NCBI GenBank assembly: GCA_023265535.1
Contig: JAHFTI010000005.1
Location: 1 to 62,120, forward strand
Direction: 5' to 3'
Source of the DNA: Opitutaceae bacterium
Lineage (GTDB): Bacteria; Verrucomicrobiota; Verrucomicrobiia; Opitutales; Opitutaceae
Length of the DNA stretch: 62,120 nt
The translations under genes were made by a program, and so were the position numbers. Below, piece after piece: positions 36,477 through 45,226 of the stretch. Numbering within the stretch: the stretch's first letter is position 1; every line of letters begins with the position of its first letter. Below the pieces are notes generated by a model. The model was not told the DNA's origin and did no database searches. It worked only from the letters and a program-made list of their open reading frames with translations.

Positions 36477-37592
36477 ATGGCGGCCAAGCACCCCGAATCA
36501 GCCCGTCTGCTGGCCTACGATTGCCTCACCCCCTTTGGCGATGTGGCTGAGACCCATCGTGCCCTGTGCGAGGGGCGTCGCGCCCTGGCTCCCGTGCCCG
36601 TGCTCGGCTCGCGCGGAGGGGATCCGGTTCCGCTGGCGCTGATGCCCGGACGCGGCCTCGACGAGGCGCCGCTGCCCCATTGGCTCGGGGGTATCCGTGG
36701 CCTGGCGGCACGCATTCCGGGGGGCGACTGGGGTCGTCCTGGGCGTCCCATCGTGGTCACCAGCAGCAACTTTGGCGTGGGCAGCCTGTATTCCTACCGG
36801 CATGACGGCGGGGATCCGTCCCACCTCGGCCATGGGGCCCCCTTCTCCTCCGTGGAGTGGCTGCGGTGCGAACTGGGCTGGGGGGCGGACATCACGGTGT
36901 TCTCTCATGCCTGCGTGTCGGCGCACCTGGGCCTGGTGCATGCGGCCCGGCTGCTGGCGCGGGGCCTGGCTGACGAGGTGCTGGTGTTCAGCTACGATTT
37001 CCTGAGTCCCTTCGTGGCGGGCGGCTTTCACGCCCTCAAGATCCTGAACGGCCAGATGCCCGCGCCTTACCGCCGGCAGGAGACCGGTTCCATCGCGCTG
37101 GGCGACGGGGCGGCCTTCGCCGTGCTGACGCGCGACCGCGGCGAGCATCAGCTTGTGGCCCAGTCGCTTTTCAACGAGCTGCACCATTTCACCGCCAACA
37201 AGGCGGACGGTTCCGGCTTTGCCAGCGTGCTGGAGGGCCTGCGCGAGGCCGCGGGGGGGCGGCGCCTCTGGCTGAAGGGCCATGGCACGGGCACCCTGGA
37301 GGCGGGCCGCCTGGAGGCGGAGTCGCTCGGCCGCTGTTTCCCCGGATCGCCGCTGGTCGGCTGGAAGGGCAGCCTCGGGCACACGCTGGGAAGCTGCGGC
37401 CTGGTGGAACTGGCCATCGCCACGGAAGCGCTGCGCCGCGGGCAGGCTCCCGGGACGGTCGGCACCGAGGGCCCCTGCTTCATCGACGAGGTGGCCACGG
37501 CGCCCTTCGCCACGGGCGGCTTCGACGCGGTCCTGTGCAGCTCAAACGCCTTTGGCGGCGCCCACGCGGCGCTGCTCCTCGCCCATGCCTGA
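36477..37592 (+). CDS. second, divergent beta-ketoacyl synthase
   Basis: FSHACVSAHLG (Cys), KGHGTGT (His), GSLGHTLGSCG (His) and SSNAFGGAHAALLL. Shorter (371 aa) and more divergent than the first KS. Confidence 0.8.
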   Translation: MAAKHPESARLLAYDCLTPFGDVAETHRALCEGRRALAPVPVLGSRGGDPVPLALMPGRGLDEAPLPHWLGGIRGLAARIPGGDWGRPGRPIVVTSSNFGVGSLYSYRHDGGDPSHLGHGAPFSSVEWLRCELGWGADITVFSHACVSAHLGLVHAARLLARGLADEVLVFSYDFLSPFVAGGFHALKILNGQMPAPYRRQETGSIALGDGAAFAVLTRDRGEHQLVAQSLFNELHHFTANKADGSGFASVLEGLREAAGGRRLWLKGHGTGTLEAGRLEAESLGRCFPGSPLVGWKGSLGHTLGSCGLVELAIATEALRRGQAPGTVGTEGPCFIDEVATAPFATGGFDAVLCSSNAFGGAHAALLLAHA

Positions 37593-38238
37593 ACTGTATA
37601 TCCAGAATCTCAATACAGAGATGCCAGGCCTGGAGGAGCCCGCCGCCACGCGCGAGCGCCTGCGCGCCTGTTTCCCGGCCGGCGCGGCGCGGCGCATGAC
37701 GCAGCTCGGGATGCTGGTGGGGTCCGTGCTCGGGCCGCTCAACCCCGGCCCCGAGGATGTCCTGGTGTACGCCTCCGGCTTCGGCGAGAGCCGCTCCCTC
37801 GAGGCCTACCTGGACAGCTTCCCCACGGCCAGCCCGACCCTCTTCCAGACCTCGATCCATCCCAGCGGGGCGCAGCAGCTCATGATCGGCAGGCAGACGC
37901 CCCTGCGGCGCTTCTTTCCGCTTTCGGGCGGCAGGCAGCTCGTGGCGCAGGCCCTGGTGACGGCCCTGGTCCAGGAGGGGGGCCGCGTGCTCCTGTGCGG
38001 CGGCGAGGAGCGCGGCACCTGGCTGCGCGAGTGCGGGGTGGCGAGCGAGCATTCCCTGGCCTTTGCCCTGGAGCTGGCGCACGTGCGCAGCGAGGGCAGC
38101 CTGGGGCGCATTTCGCTGGAGCGCGGCGGCGGCGACGAGGGACTTTCGCTTCACGACTGGTGCGGGCTCCTGGCCCGGCGACAGCCCTTTTCGGGTGACG
38201 CCGGCGCAGGCTGGAGCCTGGCCTTGGAGTGGTTCTGA
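37585..38238 (+). CDS. beta-ketoacyl synthase N-terminal-like / chain-length-factor-like protein
   Basis: ATG at 37585 overlaps the upstream stop by 8 nt. At 217 aa, with no catalytic Cys/His triad evident, it resembles in size and position the short CLF-like proteins of aryl-polyene clusters. This assignment is inferred. Confidence 0.55.
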   Translation: MPELYIQNLNTEMPGLEEPAATRERLRACFPAGAARRMTQLGMLVGSVLGPLNPGPEDVLVYASGFGESRSLEAYLDSFPTASPTLFQTSIHPSGAQQLMIGRQTPLRRFFPLSGGRQLVAQALVTALVQEGGRVLLCGGEERGTWLRECGVASEHSLAFALELAHVRSEGSLGRISLERGGGDEGLSLHDWCGLLARRQPFSGDAGAGWSLALEWF

Positions 38239-39161
38239 TGACCGCGGAGACCGAGCATTCCGCAGCACGCAATCCCGGTCCCGACTGGGGGTATGCGTTC
38301 CTTCGCCTCGCGGACAAGGTGCTTCCCGAGTGGCTTTACAGGCCCCTGCGCGGCCTGGGCACGGCCATTGCGATGGCGGGCATGAGGGAGCAGCGCAGGC
38401 ATTCCCGCGACTACCTGCGGCTGATGCTGGGGCGTGAGCCCGGAGTGCGCGAGGTGTTCAGGCATTTTTTCGCCTTCGAGGAATCGCTGATGCTCAAGCT
38501 GCGCATCGCGAACGGGCGTCACATCCCCTGCGAGTACACCGAGGGGGCGCAGGATTTCCGGCGCTGGATGGAGGGGGGCGGGCCCGTTTTCCTGGGCACG
38601 ATGCATGTGGGTGTGTCGGACATGCTGGGATTCCAGATTGGCGGTCGTGGGGAGCATTCGGTCTACCTGGTGCGCCAGCAGGTCGGAAACTCGCACGACA
38701 CGGAGCGGCTGGAACGGCGCTTTGGCGGGCGCGTGAAGTTCATCTGGGTGAACCGCCCACAGGACATGATCTTTGCCCTCAAGGACGCCGCGGCCACCCC
38801 GCACGCCATTGCGATGCAATGCGACCGCGTGGAGCACAGTGCACGCGTGGAGGCTTTCCAGTTCCTAGGGGCGCGGAGGCTCTTCCCCTTCACGATCTAC
38901 CACCTTGCCCTCATCTTTCGACGCCCCGTGCTGCTGAGCGTGGGGGTGACGAAGGCGTGCGGCACCTCGGAGTTGCATGCGGCACCCGTCTTTGAGCTGC
39001 GCGAGGGGGAGCGGCGCGAGGAGGCCCTGGCGCGGGCGCGGGTGCATTTCCAGGGGTTCCTGACGCAGGTGGAGGTGTTGCTCAGGCGCGATCCCTATGT
39101 CTGGTATAATTTCACAGCCTTGAATCCCGTGGCCGGGCAGGACATGCCTTCAAGCCGATGA
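38238..39161 (+). CDS. LpxL/HtrB-like lipid acyltransferase
   Basis: ATG at 38238 overlaps the upstream TGA (TGATG). FLGTMHVGVSD contains the HX4D-type motif. Length and layout fit lauroyl/myristoyl acyltransferase family members found in aryl-polyene clusters. Confidence 0.65.
   Translation: MTAETEHSAARNPGPDWGYAFLRLADKVLPEWLYRPLRGLGTAIAMAGMREQRRHSRDYLRLMLGREPGVREVFRHFFAFEESLMLKLRIANGRHIPCEYTEGAQDFRRWMEGGGPVFLGTMHVGVSDMLGFQIGGRGEHSVYLVRQQVGNSHDTERLERRFGGRVKFIWVNRPQDMIFALKDAAATPHAIAMQCDRVEHSARVEAFQFLGARRLFPFTIYHLALIFRRPVLLSVGVTKACGTSELHAAPVFELREGERREEALARARVHFQGFLTQVEVLLRRDPYVWYNFTALNPVAGQDMPSSR
39102..39110 (+). promoter_or_regulatory. extended -10-like element TGGTATAAT inside the acyltransferase CDS
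   Basis: Read directly. It encodes W-Y-N using the rare TAT and AAT codons in a GC-rich gene, and lies ~50 nt upstream of the next start codon. No convincing -35. Confidence 0.2.
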
Positions 39162-39898
39162 GGCGCCTGTACCACTGCATCGCCTACTACCTCTCCTGGT
39201 TCGCCTTCGGGGCGGTGGGGCTGCTGCTGAACCTGTGTTGTGCCTGCCTCCTCCCCCTGCCCGGGCGGGAGCGGCGCGCTCCGGGGGTGAGGCGCATGAT
39301 CCGCAGGCTGTTCGACCTCTGGGTGCGCTGGTTTCACGCCTCGCGCGTCCTGGAGATCCGCTGGGTGGGCTTCAATCGCGAGCTGCCCGCGGGCACCGTC
39401 TACATCGCCAACCATCCCAGCCTGCTGGATGCCACCTTCCTGCTGGCGCGGCTCCCCGACGCCTTCTGCATCTTCAAGCCCGCGCTCATGCGCAATCCGG
39501 CGATCGGACCGGCGGCGATCATGGCGCGCTACGTGGCGGGCGACAACGCGGTAGACGTGGTGCGCGGTGCCGCAGAACGTGTCGCGGCGGGACAGTCCCT
39601 GCTGGTGTTTCCCGAGGGTACGCGCACCCTTCCTGGCACCGTGGTGGGCACGCTCAGGCCGGGCTTTGAGCTGATCGCACGCAGGGCGAAGGCGCCGGTG
39701 CAGCTGGTGATCATCCGTGCCAGCGAGGGCCTGGTGCCGCGCGGCCGCCACTGGCTGCTGCCTCCCACCGTGCTGCCCGCCTGGATCGAACTCACCCTGG
39801 ACAGGCGCTGGGAGGCGGGGGACCTGGCGGAGACGCGTGACAGCGTGCGGGAGGTCGAGGCGCGCATCCGCGAGGTGTTGGCGCCTGGACGGGCCTGA
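39158..39898 (+). CDS. 1-acyl-sn-glycerol-3-phosphate acyltransferase-like (PlsC/LPLAT family)
   Basis: ATGA overlap with the upstream gene. NHPSLLD (HX4D) and VFPEGTR motifs. Confidence 0.8.
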   Translation: MRRLYHCIAYYLSWFAFGAVGLLLNLCCACLLPLPGRERRAPGVRRMIRRLFDLWVRWFHASRVLEIRWVGFNRELPAGTVYIANHPSLLDATFLLARLPDAFCIFKPALMRNPAIGPAAIMARYVAGDNAVDVVRGAAERVAAGQSLLVFPEGTRTLPGTVVGTLRPGFELIARRAKAPVQLVIIRASEGLVPRGRHWLLPPTVLPAWIELTLDRRWEAGDLAETRDSVREVEARIREVLAPGRA

Positions 39899-40030
39899 GT
39901 GTGCGGGGGGGCAGGCCGGTGCGGCACTCCTGCCGGGGCCGGTTCAATGGGCGTGAAAATGGGGTTGCGCCAGAGGGGCTCTTTGGGCGCCATGCAGGGG
40001 CTGCACGCCCGGCGCGGCACGCCCCTCCCG

Positions 40031-41413
40031 ATGTCCCCGTCGTCCACCCAACTCGTCATCATTCCCAGCTACAACCCCGGCGACCGCCTCCTGCGGACCG
40101 TGCGCGAGGCGCTGGCCGTGTGGCAGCCCGTGTGGGTGATCGACGATGCGAGCACGGACGGCAGTCTCGCCGCGGTCGAGGAACTGGCGCGCAGCGAGCC
40201 CGGCCTGCGTGTCCTGAGGCGTGCGGCCAACGGGGGCAAGGGGGCGGCGGTGCTCGAGGCGGGAGAGGCGGCCCTGGAGGCGGGTTTCGAGGCGGCGCTG
40301 GTGATGGATGCGGACGGCCAGCATCCGGCCGGGCACATCATGCGTTTCATGGAGGCTGCGCGCGGCCTTCCGGGCGGCATGATCGTGGGGCTCCCCGAGT
40401 TTGGCGCCGAGGCCCCCAAGCTGCGCCTTTATGGTCGCAAGCTCAGCGTGTGGATGGTGTGGCTCGAGCTGGGCGGGGCGCGCGTGCGCGATCCGCTCTT
40501 CGGTTTCCGCGTTTACCCCCTGCGCCCGCTGGTGGCGGTGATGCGCGCAACGCGTTTCGGACGGCGCTATGATTTCGACCCGGAGTTCGCGGTCCGACTC
40601 GTGTGGGCGGGCGTGCCGACCCTGAATGTGCCCGCGCCCTGCCGCTACATCCCGCGCGAGGCGGGTGGCATCTCCCATTTCCATTACCTGAGGGACAACC
40701 TACGCATGATCTTCCTGCACACCCGACTGATCCTTGAGCTGCTGTTTGTGCGCTGGTGGAGGCGGGCGCCCTCCTTCCTTCTCGTGCTGCTCCTGGCCCT
40801 GGGGCTGCCCCTGGCGAAAGGCGCCGAGCTGCAGCAGGCGGGCCCCGAGATCGACAACCTGCGCGGACTGGTCGAATGGGCGCCCTTGCTCACGCGCCTG
40901 GCCACGCAGGGCGCCATCACCTCGACCTTCACCGAGCAGCGCTGGTTTCCCTTCAAGAAGACCCCCGCCAAGCTGCAGGGCGAGATGCGCTACTCGCCCG
41001 AGCTGGGCCTGAGCCTGCGCTACACCCAGCCCGACGAGCGCATGATGATCCTCGATGAGAAGGGGCTGCTGATGCGCGACGGCAAGGGCCGCCAGAAGGG
41101 CGCGCCCTCCGACCCGAAGAATCCCGACCTGGCCCACTCGCTGCTCTCCATCCTGCGTTTCGACGAGGAGAGCCTGCGGCGCGACTTCAGCATCCGCGGT
41201 GCGCGCGAGGGCGACGACTGGAGGCTCGACCTCATCCCGCGCGACAAGGAGCAGCTCAGGCGCATCGGCGTGGTGACCGTGTGGGGGGCGGGCGACCTGG
41301 TGAGGAAGATGGAGTTCCGCCGGGCGGCCAACCAGCGCATCGAGGTCAGTATCCAAACTTCAACTACAGTTGCGGGCTTCAGCGAGGCCGAGCGCCGCCG
41401 CTTCTTCCGATGA
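40031..41413 (+). CDS. family 2 glycosyltransferase fused through a TM helix to a LolA-like lipoprotein-carrier domain
   Basis: The GT2 part has VIIPSYNPG, VIDDASTDGS and VMDADGQH. A TM helix APSFLLVLLLALGLPLA follows. The C-terminal ~200 aa (FTEQRWFPFKKTPAKLQGEMRYSPELGLSLRY...) resemble the LolA-like proteins of aryl-polyene clusters. Alternative in-frame starts are at 39947 and 39899. Confidence 0.7.
   Translation: MSPSSTQLVIIPSYNPGDRLLRTVREALAVWQPVWVIDDASTDGSLAAVEELARSEPGLRVLRRAANGGKGAAVLEAGEAALEAGFEAALVMDADGQHPAGHIMRFMEAARGLPGGMIVGLPEFGAEAPKLRLYGRKLSVWMVWLELGGARVRDPLFGFRVYPLRPLVAVMRATRFGRRYDFDPEFAVRLVWAGVPTLNVPAPCRYIPREAGGISHFHYLRDNLRMIFLHTRLILELLFVRWWRRAPSFLLVLLLALGLPLAKGAELQQAGPEIDNLRGLVEWAPLLTRLATQGAITSTFTEQRWFPFKKTPAKLQGEMRYSPELGLSLRYTQPDERMMILDEKGLLMRDGKGRQKGAPSDPKNPDLAHSLLSILRFDEESLRRDFSIRGAREGDDWRLDLIPRDKEQLRRIGVVTVWGAGDLVRKMEFRRAANQRIEVSIQTSTTVAGFSEAERRRFFR
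41345..41376 (+). repeat. motif copy E: GTCAGTATCCAAACTTCAACTACAGTTGCGGG
   Basis: GTAT-N11-CTAC with TTCAACTACAG identical to copy D. It lies inside the GT2::LolA CDS and is read as IQTSTTV. Confidence 0.5.
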
Positions 41414-43794
41414 GTCCCGGCACCCTCGCCCTGCGTGCGCGCCTCCTGCTGGCCCTCTGGGTGGGCCTGTGCGCGGGCCTGCTCTGGTTCCTCGACCTGC
41501 CCGCACGCATCTCCACCGACGTGCTGGACCTGATCCCCGTCGGGGAGCGCCGGCCCGAGCTGGCCATGGTGCGCGGCATGGCCGCCGAGAAGCAGGGCCG
41601 CGTGGTGATGCTCGCGCTCGACCTTCCGGCGGGGCTGGACACCGGCCGCAGGGCGGTGGCGGGCGAGGCGGTGCGGGCGTCGCTCGAGGGGAGCGGTGCC
41701 TTCGAGGAGCTCCAGGCCATGGGTGGCACCGCCACGCGTGACGCCCTTGGCAGGGCCGTGCACCAGGGCAGGATGAACCTCCTTTTCCCGGGCTGGCTCG
41801 CACGCCAGCAGGCGGCCTGGCGCGACGAGGGGGGCGGGGCGGGCGGGCCCGATGCCGACTGGCTGGCGGCCCGGGCGGTGAGCGAGTTGGGCGCCTTTGT
41901 GGGCAGGCCCGAGGCGGTGGCCTTCCAGGATCTCCTGCCCTCCGACCCGCTGCTGCTGCTCCCGGGACTCGTGGACAAGCTCCAGGATGCGCAGCTCCAG
42001 CCGGGGAGCGCGGAGGGACCGGTGCTCCTCTGGGGCCTGATGCGCGGCAACCCGATGAACGAGGCCGACCAGGCCCGGCTGAGCGGGGCCGTGCAGCGGG
42101 CCGCCGGCGCCGCGTCGTCCCTCGAGCCGGGCAGCGGACTGCGCTGGACGGCGGTGGCGCGCTTTGCGGAGCTGAGCCGCGCGCGTATCCAGTCGGAGAT
42201 GACACGCCTCAACCTGCTTTCCCTGGCTGCGGTCTTCGGCATGGCCGCCCTCTGCCTGAGCCGCGTGTTCCGTTCGCTGCACCTGGTGCCGCCCGTGCTG
42301 ATCAGCACGCTGACCGGCTGGTGCGTGACCCTGCTGGTCTTCCCGCGCGTGCATGTGCTCGTCTTCGTGGTGGGCTCGCTGCTGGCGGGCGTCGCGGTGG
42401 ACTACGGCTTCTACCTTTTCATGCAGCCGCCCGCGTATCCGGAGGAGCCCTACACCCGCCGCGCCGGGCGCCTGCTGCGGCCCCTGCTGGCGAGCGCGCT
42501 CACGACGATCCTCGGCTTTTCGCTGCTGTTCTTCTCCGAGCTGCCGCTCATCCGCCAGCTGGGCGTGTTTGTGAGCGCGGGCCTGCTGGCCGCCCTGGGT
42601 GCGGCCCTGCTCTGGTTCGCCCAGATCAGGAACGCCCACCTGCCCGCCCGCCCCTTCGCGGCGGCGACGGTGCCCGCGGGGAGGCCCGGACGGGTCGTGG
42701 CCTGGGTCCTGATCGCGGCCTGTGCGTTGGCCGCCTGCGTCGGGCCCTGGCGCCTTGAGTGGCGTGATGACATCCGCACGCTGGAGGTGCCCTCACCGGA
42801 GCTGCGCGAGAACGATGCCGCCCTCCGCAGGCTCTTCGGCGAGGAGCCAGGGCGTGCCCTGTACCTCTCGGTCGGTGCGGATGCCGCCCAGGCGCGCGAG
42901 GCCTGGGGGCGGCTCGACGCCTGGCATGCCGGGAGGCACCCGGGCAAGGGCCTGCTCTCGCTGGCGCTGCTCATGCCCTCACGCTCCGAATGGGAGGGAC
43001 TTTCAGCAGCCAGGCCCTCCCTGCAGGATTTTCCCGCCAGCCTGAGGCGGGAGTTGGAGGCCGGCGGCTTTGAGGCGTCCGGCTTTGAGCCCTTCTTCAG
43101 GGAATGGGGGCGCTGGCGTGCCGAGCCGCCCCCCAGCCCCGACAGCCTGGCGGAGGGCTTCCAGGCGCAGCTGCGAGGGCCCGTGGCCCTGCTGATGTCG
43201 GTGCGGGCGGGGCAGGCCTGGTTCGCCTCCGTTTCAGGCGCCCCGGTCTCCCCCGGCGACCAGGTTCCCGAAGGCACCTTCCTGGCCAGCCAGCTGGCAA
43301 CGCTCAACCGCCTCTTCTCCGACTATCGCCAGTCGGCGCTGCGCCTGAGCAGCATCGGGCTCGCCCTGGTGGGACTGAGCGTGTTCGTGCTCTACGGCCT
43401 GCGCCGGGGCGTATTTGTTTTCATGATACCCAGTGGGGCCTGCCTCGGCGCCTTCGGCATCCTGGGCCTCTGCGGCCAGACCCTCAACCTCTTCCACCTT
43501 CTCGGGGCTTTCCTGGGGGTGTGCCTCAGCCACAACTACGCCATCTTCTCGATTGAGAACCGCCTGTGCGGCAACGGTGTGCCGCCCTCGATACGCATGT
43601 CGGCGCTGAGCACCTTCGCCTCCTTCGCGGTCCTGGGCATCAGCAGCATCCCGGTGGTGGCCGCCCTGGGGACCATGGTGGCCCTGATCGTGCTCCTGGC
43701 GCTGCTGTTCGTCGAACTCGGCGCAATTCTCTCCCGTTCCCGCACCGGAGCTGCTTGCGCAACGGCCGCGGGCGACTTGAATGATGGGGCCTGA
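41410..43794 (+). CDS. MMPL/RND-like exporter
   Basis: ATGA overlap with the upstream gene. 794 aa with two blocks of hydrophobic helices separated by soluble loops. Same position as the MMPL exporter of aryl-polyene/xanthomonadin clusters. Confidence 0.75.
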   Translation: MSPGTLALRARLLLALWVGLCAGLLWFLDLPARISTDVLDLIPVGERRPELAMVRGMAAEKQGRVVMLALDLPAGLDTGRRAVAGEAVRASLEGSGAFEELQAMGGTATRDALGRAVHQGRMNLLFPGWLARQQAAWRDEGGGAGGPDADWLAARAVSELGAFVGRPEAVAFQDLLPSDPLLLLPGLVDKLQDAQLQPGSAEGPVLLWGLMRGNPMNEADQARLSGAVQRAAGAASSLEPGSGLRWTAVARFAELSRARIQSEMTRLNLLSLAAVFGMAALCLSRVFRSLHLVPPVLISTLTGWCVTLLVFPRVHVLVFVVGSLLAGVAVDYGFYLFMQPPAYPEEPYTRRAGRLLRPLLASALTTILGFSLLFFSELPLIRQLGVFVSAGLLAALGAALLWFAQIRNAHLPARPFAAATVPAGRPGRVVAWVLIAACALAACVGPWRLEWRDDIRTLEVPSPELRENDAALRRLFGEEPGRALYLSVGADAAQAREAWGRLDAWHAGRHPGKGLLSLALLMPSRSEWEGLSAARPSLQDFPASLRRELEAGGFEASGFEPFFREWGRWRAEPPPSPDSLAEGFQAQLRGPVALLMSVRAGQAWFASVSGAPVSPGDQVPEGTFLASQLATLNRLFSDYRQSALRLSSIGLALVGLSVFVLYGLRRGVFVFMIPSGACLGAFGILGLCGQTLNLFHLLGAFLGVCLSHNYAIFSIENRLCGNGVPPSIRMSALSTFASFAVLGISSIPVVAALGTMVALIVLLALLFVELGAILSRSRTGAACATAAGDLNDGA

Positions 43795-43813
43795 GCGTCC
43801 CTCACAGACAACG

Positions 43814-45226
43814 ATGATTTCAGACCACACCAGCACCGGTTCGCGCGTCCTGCTCGCCAACCTCAACCGCTACGACCAGCCCTATCCGGTCTATCCGTTG
43901 TCCATGGCCTACCTGGATTCCGCCCTGCGCGAGGCGGGCCACACGCCGCTGTGCTGGGACGCCAAGATGGCCACCGAGACGCTCGAGGAGGCGGTGCTGC
44001 GCTTCAAGCCCGACTACATCGGCGTGTCGGTGCGCAACGTGGACAATGTCCAGAGCCACAACCCGAAGAGCTTCATCCATGAGCTGGTTGCCTGCTGCCG
44101 CAGCCTGCGCTCGATCACGAAGGCCACGCTGGTGCTAGGCGGCAGCGGCTTCTCGGTTTTCCCCCGCGAGCTGCTGGCCGTGGCGGATGCCGACTTCGGC
44201 GTGGCGGGCGAGGGCGAGCGGGCGCTGGTGGAGCTGATCGCCGCGCGCAGCCGGGGCGCGGACCATCGTGGCATCTTCGGCCTGGTGTGGAAGGAGGCCG
44301 ACGGTCGTGTGGTCGCGGCGCCGCGCACGCCGAACGGTGAGCTTTTCACGGTCGAGCCCTTCCATGACCCGGAACTGCTCAAGGCCTACGTGGCCCAGGG
44401 TTCCATCCCCGGCGTGCAGACCCAGCGCGGCTGCCCGCTGCGCTGCTGTTACTGCACCTATCCGCTGATCGAGGGAAAGAAGAGCCGGTTCCGCTCCGGG
44501 CCCCAGGTGGTGGAGGAGATGCGCCGCCTGATCTCGCTCGGCGTGCACTACACCTTCATTGTCGACTCCGTCTTCAACACGAGCCGCGAGCACACCGCCC
44601 AGGTCTGCGAGGCGCTGGCGAGGGCCGGCCTCGACATGCAGTGGGGCTGCTTCCTGCGTCCGCGCAACCTGAGCAAGGACCTGCTGGAGCTCATGAAGCG
44701 CGCCGGCATGAAGCACATCGAGTTCGGCTCCGACAGCCTTTCCGACCCCGCACTGAAGCATTACGGCAAGAGTTTCACCTGGGAGGAGATCCGCGCCTCC
44801 AGCGCCTACGCGCACGAGCTCGGCCTGCACTACAGCCATTTCCTGATCTTCGGCGGCCCCGGAGAGACGGAGGCGACGGTCGAGGAGACCCTGCTGCATT
44901 CGACGCAGCTGCCCGGCGCCTTCTTCTTTGGCACGATCGGCATGCGCATCTATCCGGAGACGCCGCTATGGCGGCATTGCAATCCCGAGGCGCGCGGTGA
45001 GAAGCCCGCCGACTACCTGCTCGAGCCGCGCTTTTACATCGAGGCGCCGCTCACCACGCAGAGCCTGCTCGCGCGCATCACCACGCACCGCGAGCGGCAC
45101 CACAACTGGATCCTGGGCGACCCGCCGCCCGAGTTCAACGAGACCATGGACAAGCTGCGCCGCCGCGGCGTGCGTGGGCCCATGTGGGAATACGTCGAGC
45201 TCCTGCAACGCCTGCAGCCTGCATGA
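43814..45226 (+). CDS. B12-binding domain / radical SAM protein
   Basis: N-terminal Rossmann-like B12-binding region (RVLLANLN...YIGVSVRN). CX3CX2C cluster motif GCPLRCCYCTYP. An alternative start at 43781 overlaps the upstream gene. Confidence 0.85.
   Translation: MISDHTSTGSRVLLANLNRYDQPYPVYPLSMAYLDSALREAGHTPLCWDAKMATETLEEAVLRFKPDYIGVSVRNVDNVQSHNPKSFIHELVACCRSLRSITKATLVLGGSGFSVFPRELLAVADADFGVAGEGERALVELIAARSRGADHRGIFGLVWKEADGRVVAAPRTPNGELFTVEPFHDPELLKAYVAQGSIPGVQTQRGCPLRCCYCTYPLIEGKKSRFRSGPQVVEEMRRLISLGVHYTFIVDSVFNTSREHTAQVCEALARAGLDMQWGCFLRPRNLSKDLLELMKRAGMKHIEFGSDSLSDPALKHYGKSFTWEEIRASSAYAHELGLHYSHFLIFGGPGETEATVEETLLHSTQLPGAFFFGTIGMRIYPETPLWRHCNPEARGEKPADYLLEPRFYIEAPLTTQSLLARITTHRERHHNWILGDPPPEFNETMDKLRRRGVRGPMWEYVELLQRLQPA

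Noticed and set aside
41020-42639. 539-aa minus-strand ORF, and other long ORFs across 34.3-46.9 kb on the minus strand or in off-frames
   Set aside because: They overlap the coupled plus-strand operon, whose products carry catalytic motifs. The alternatives have low-complexity Arg/Pro/Gly/Ala composition.
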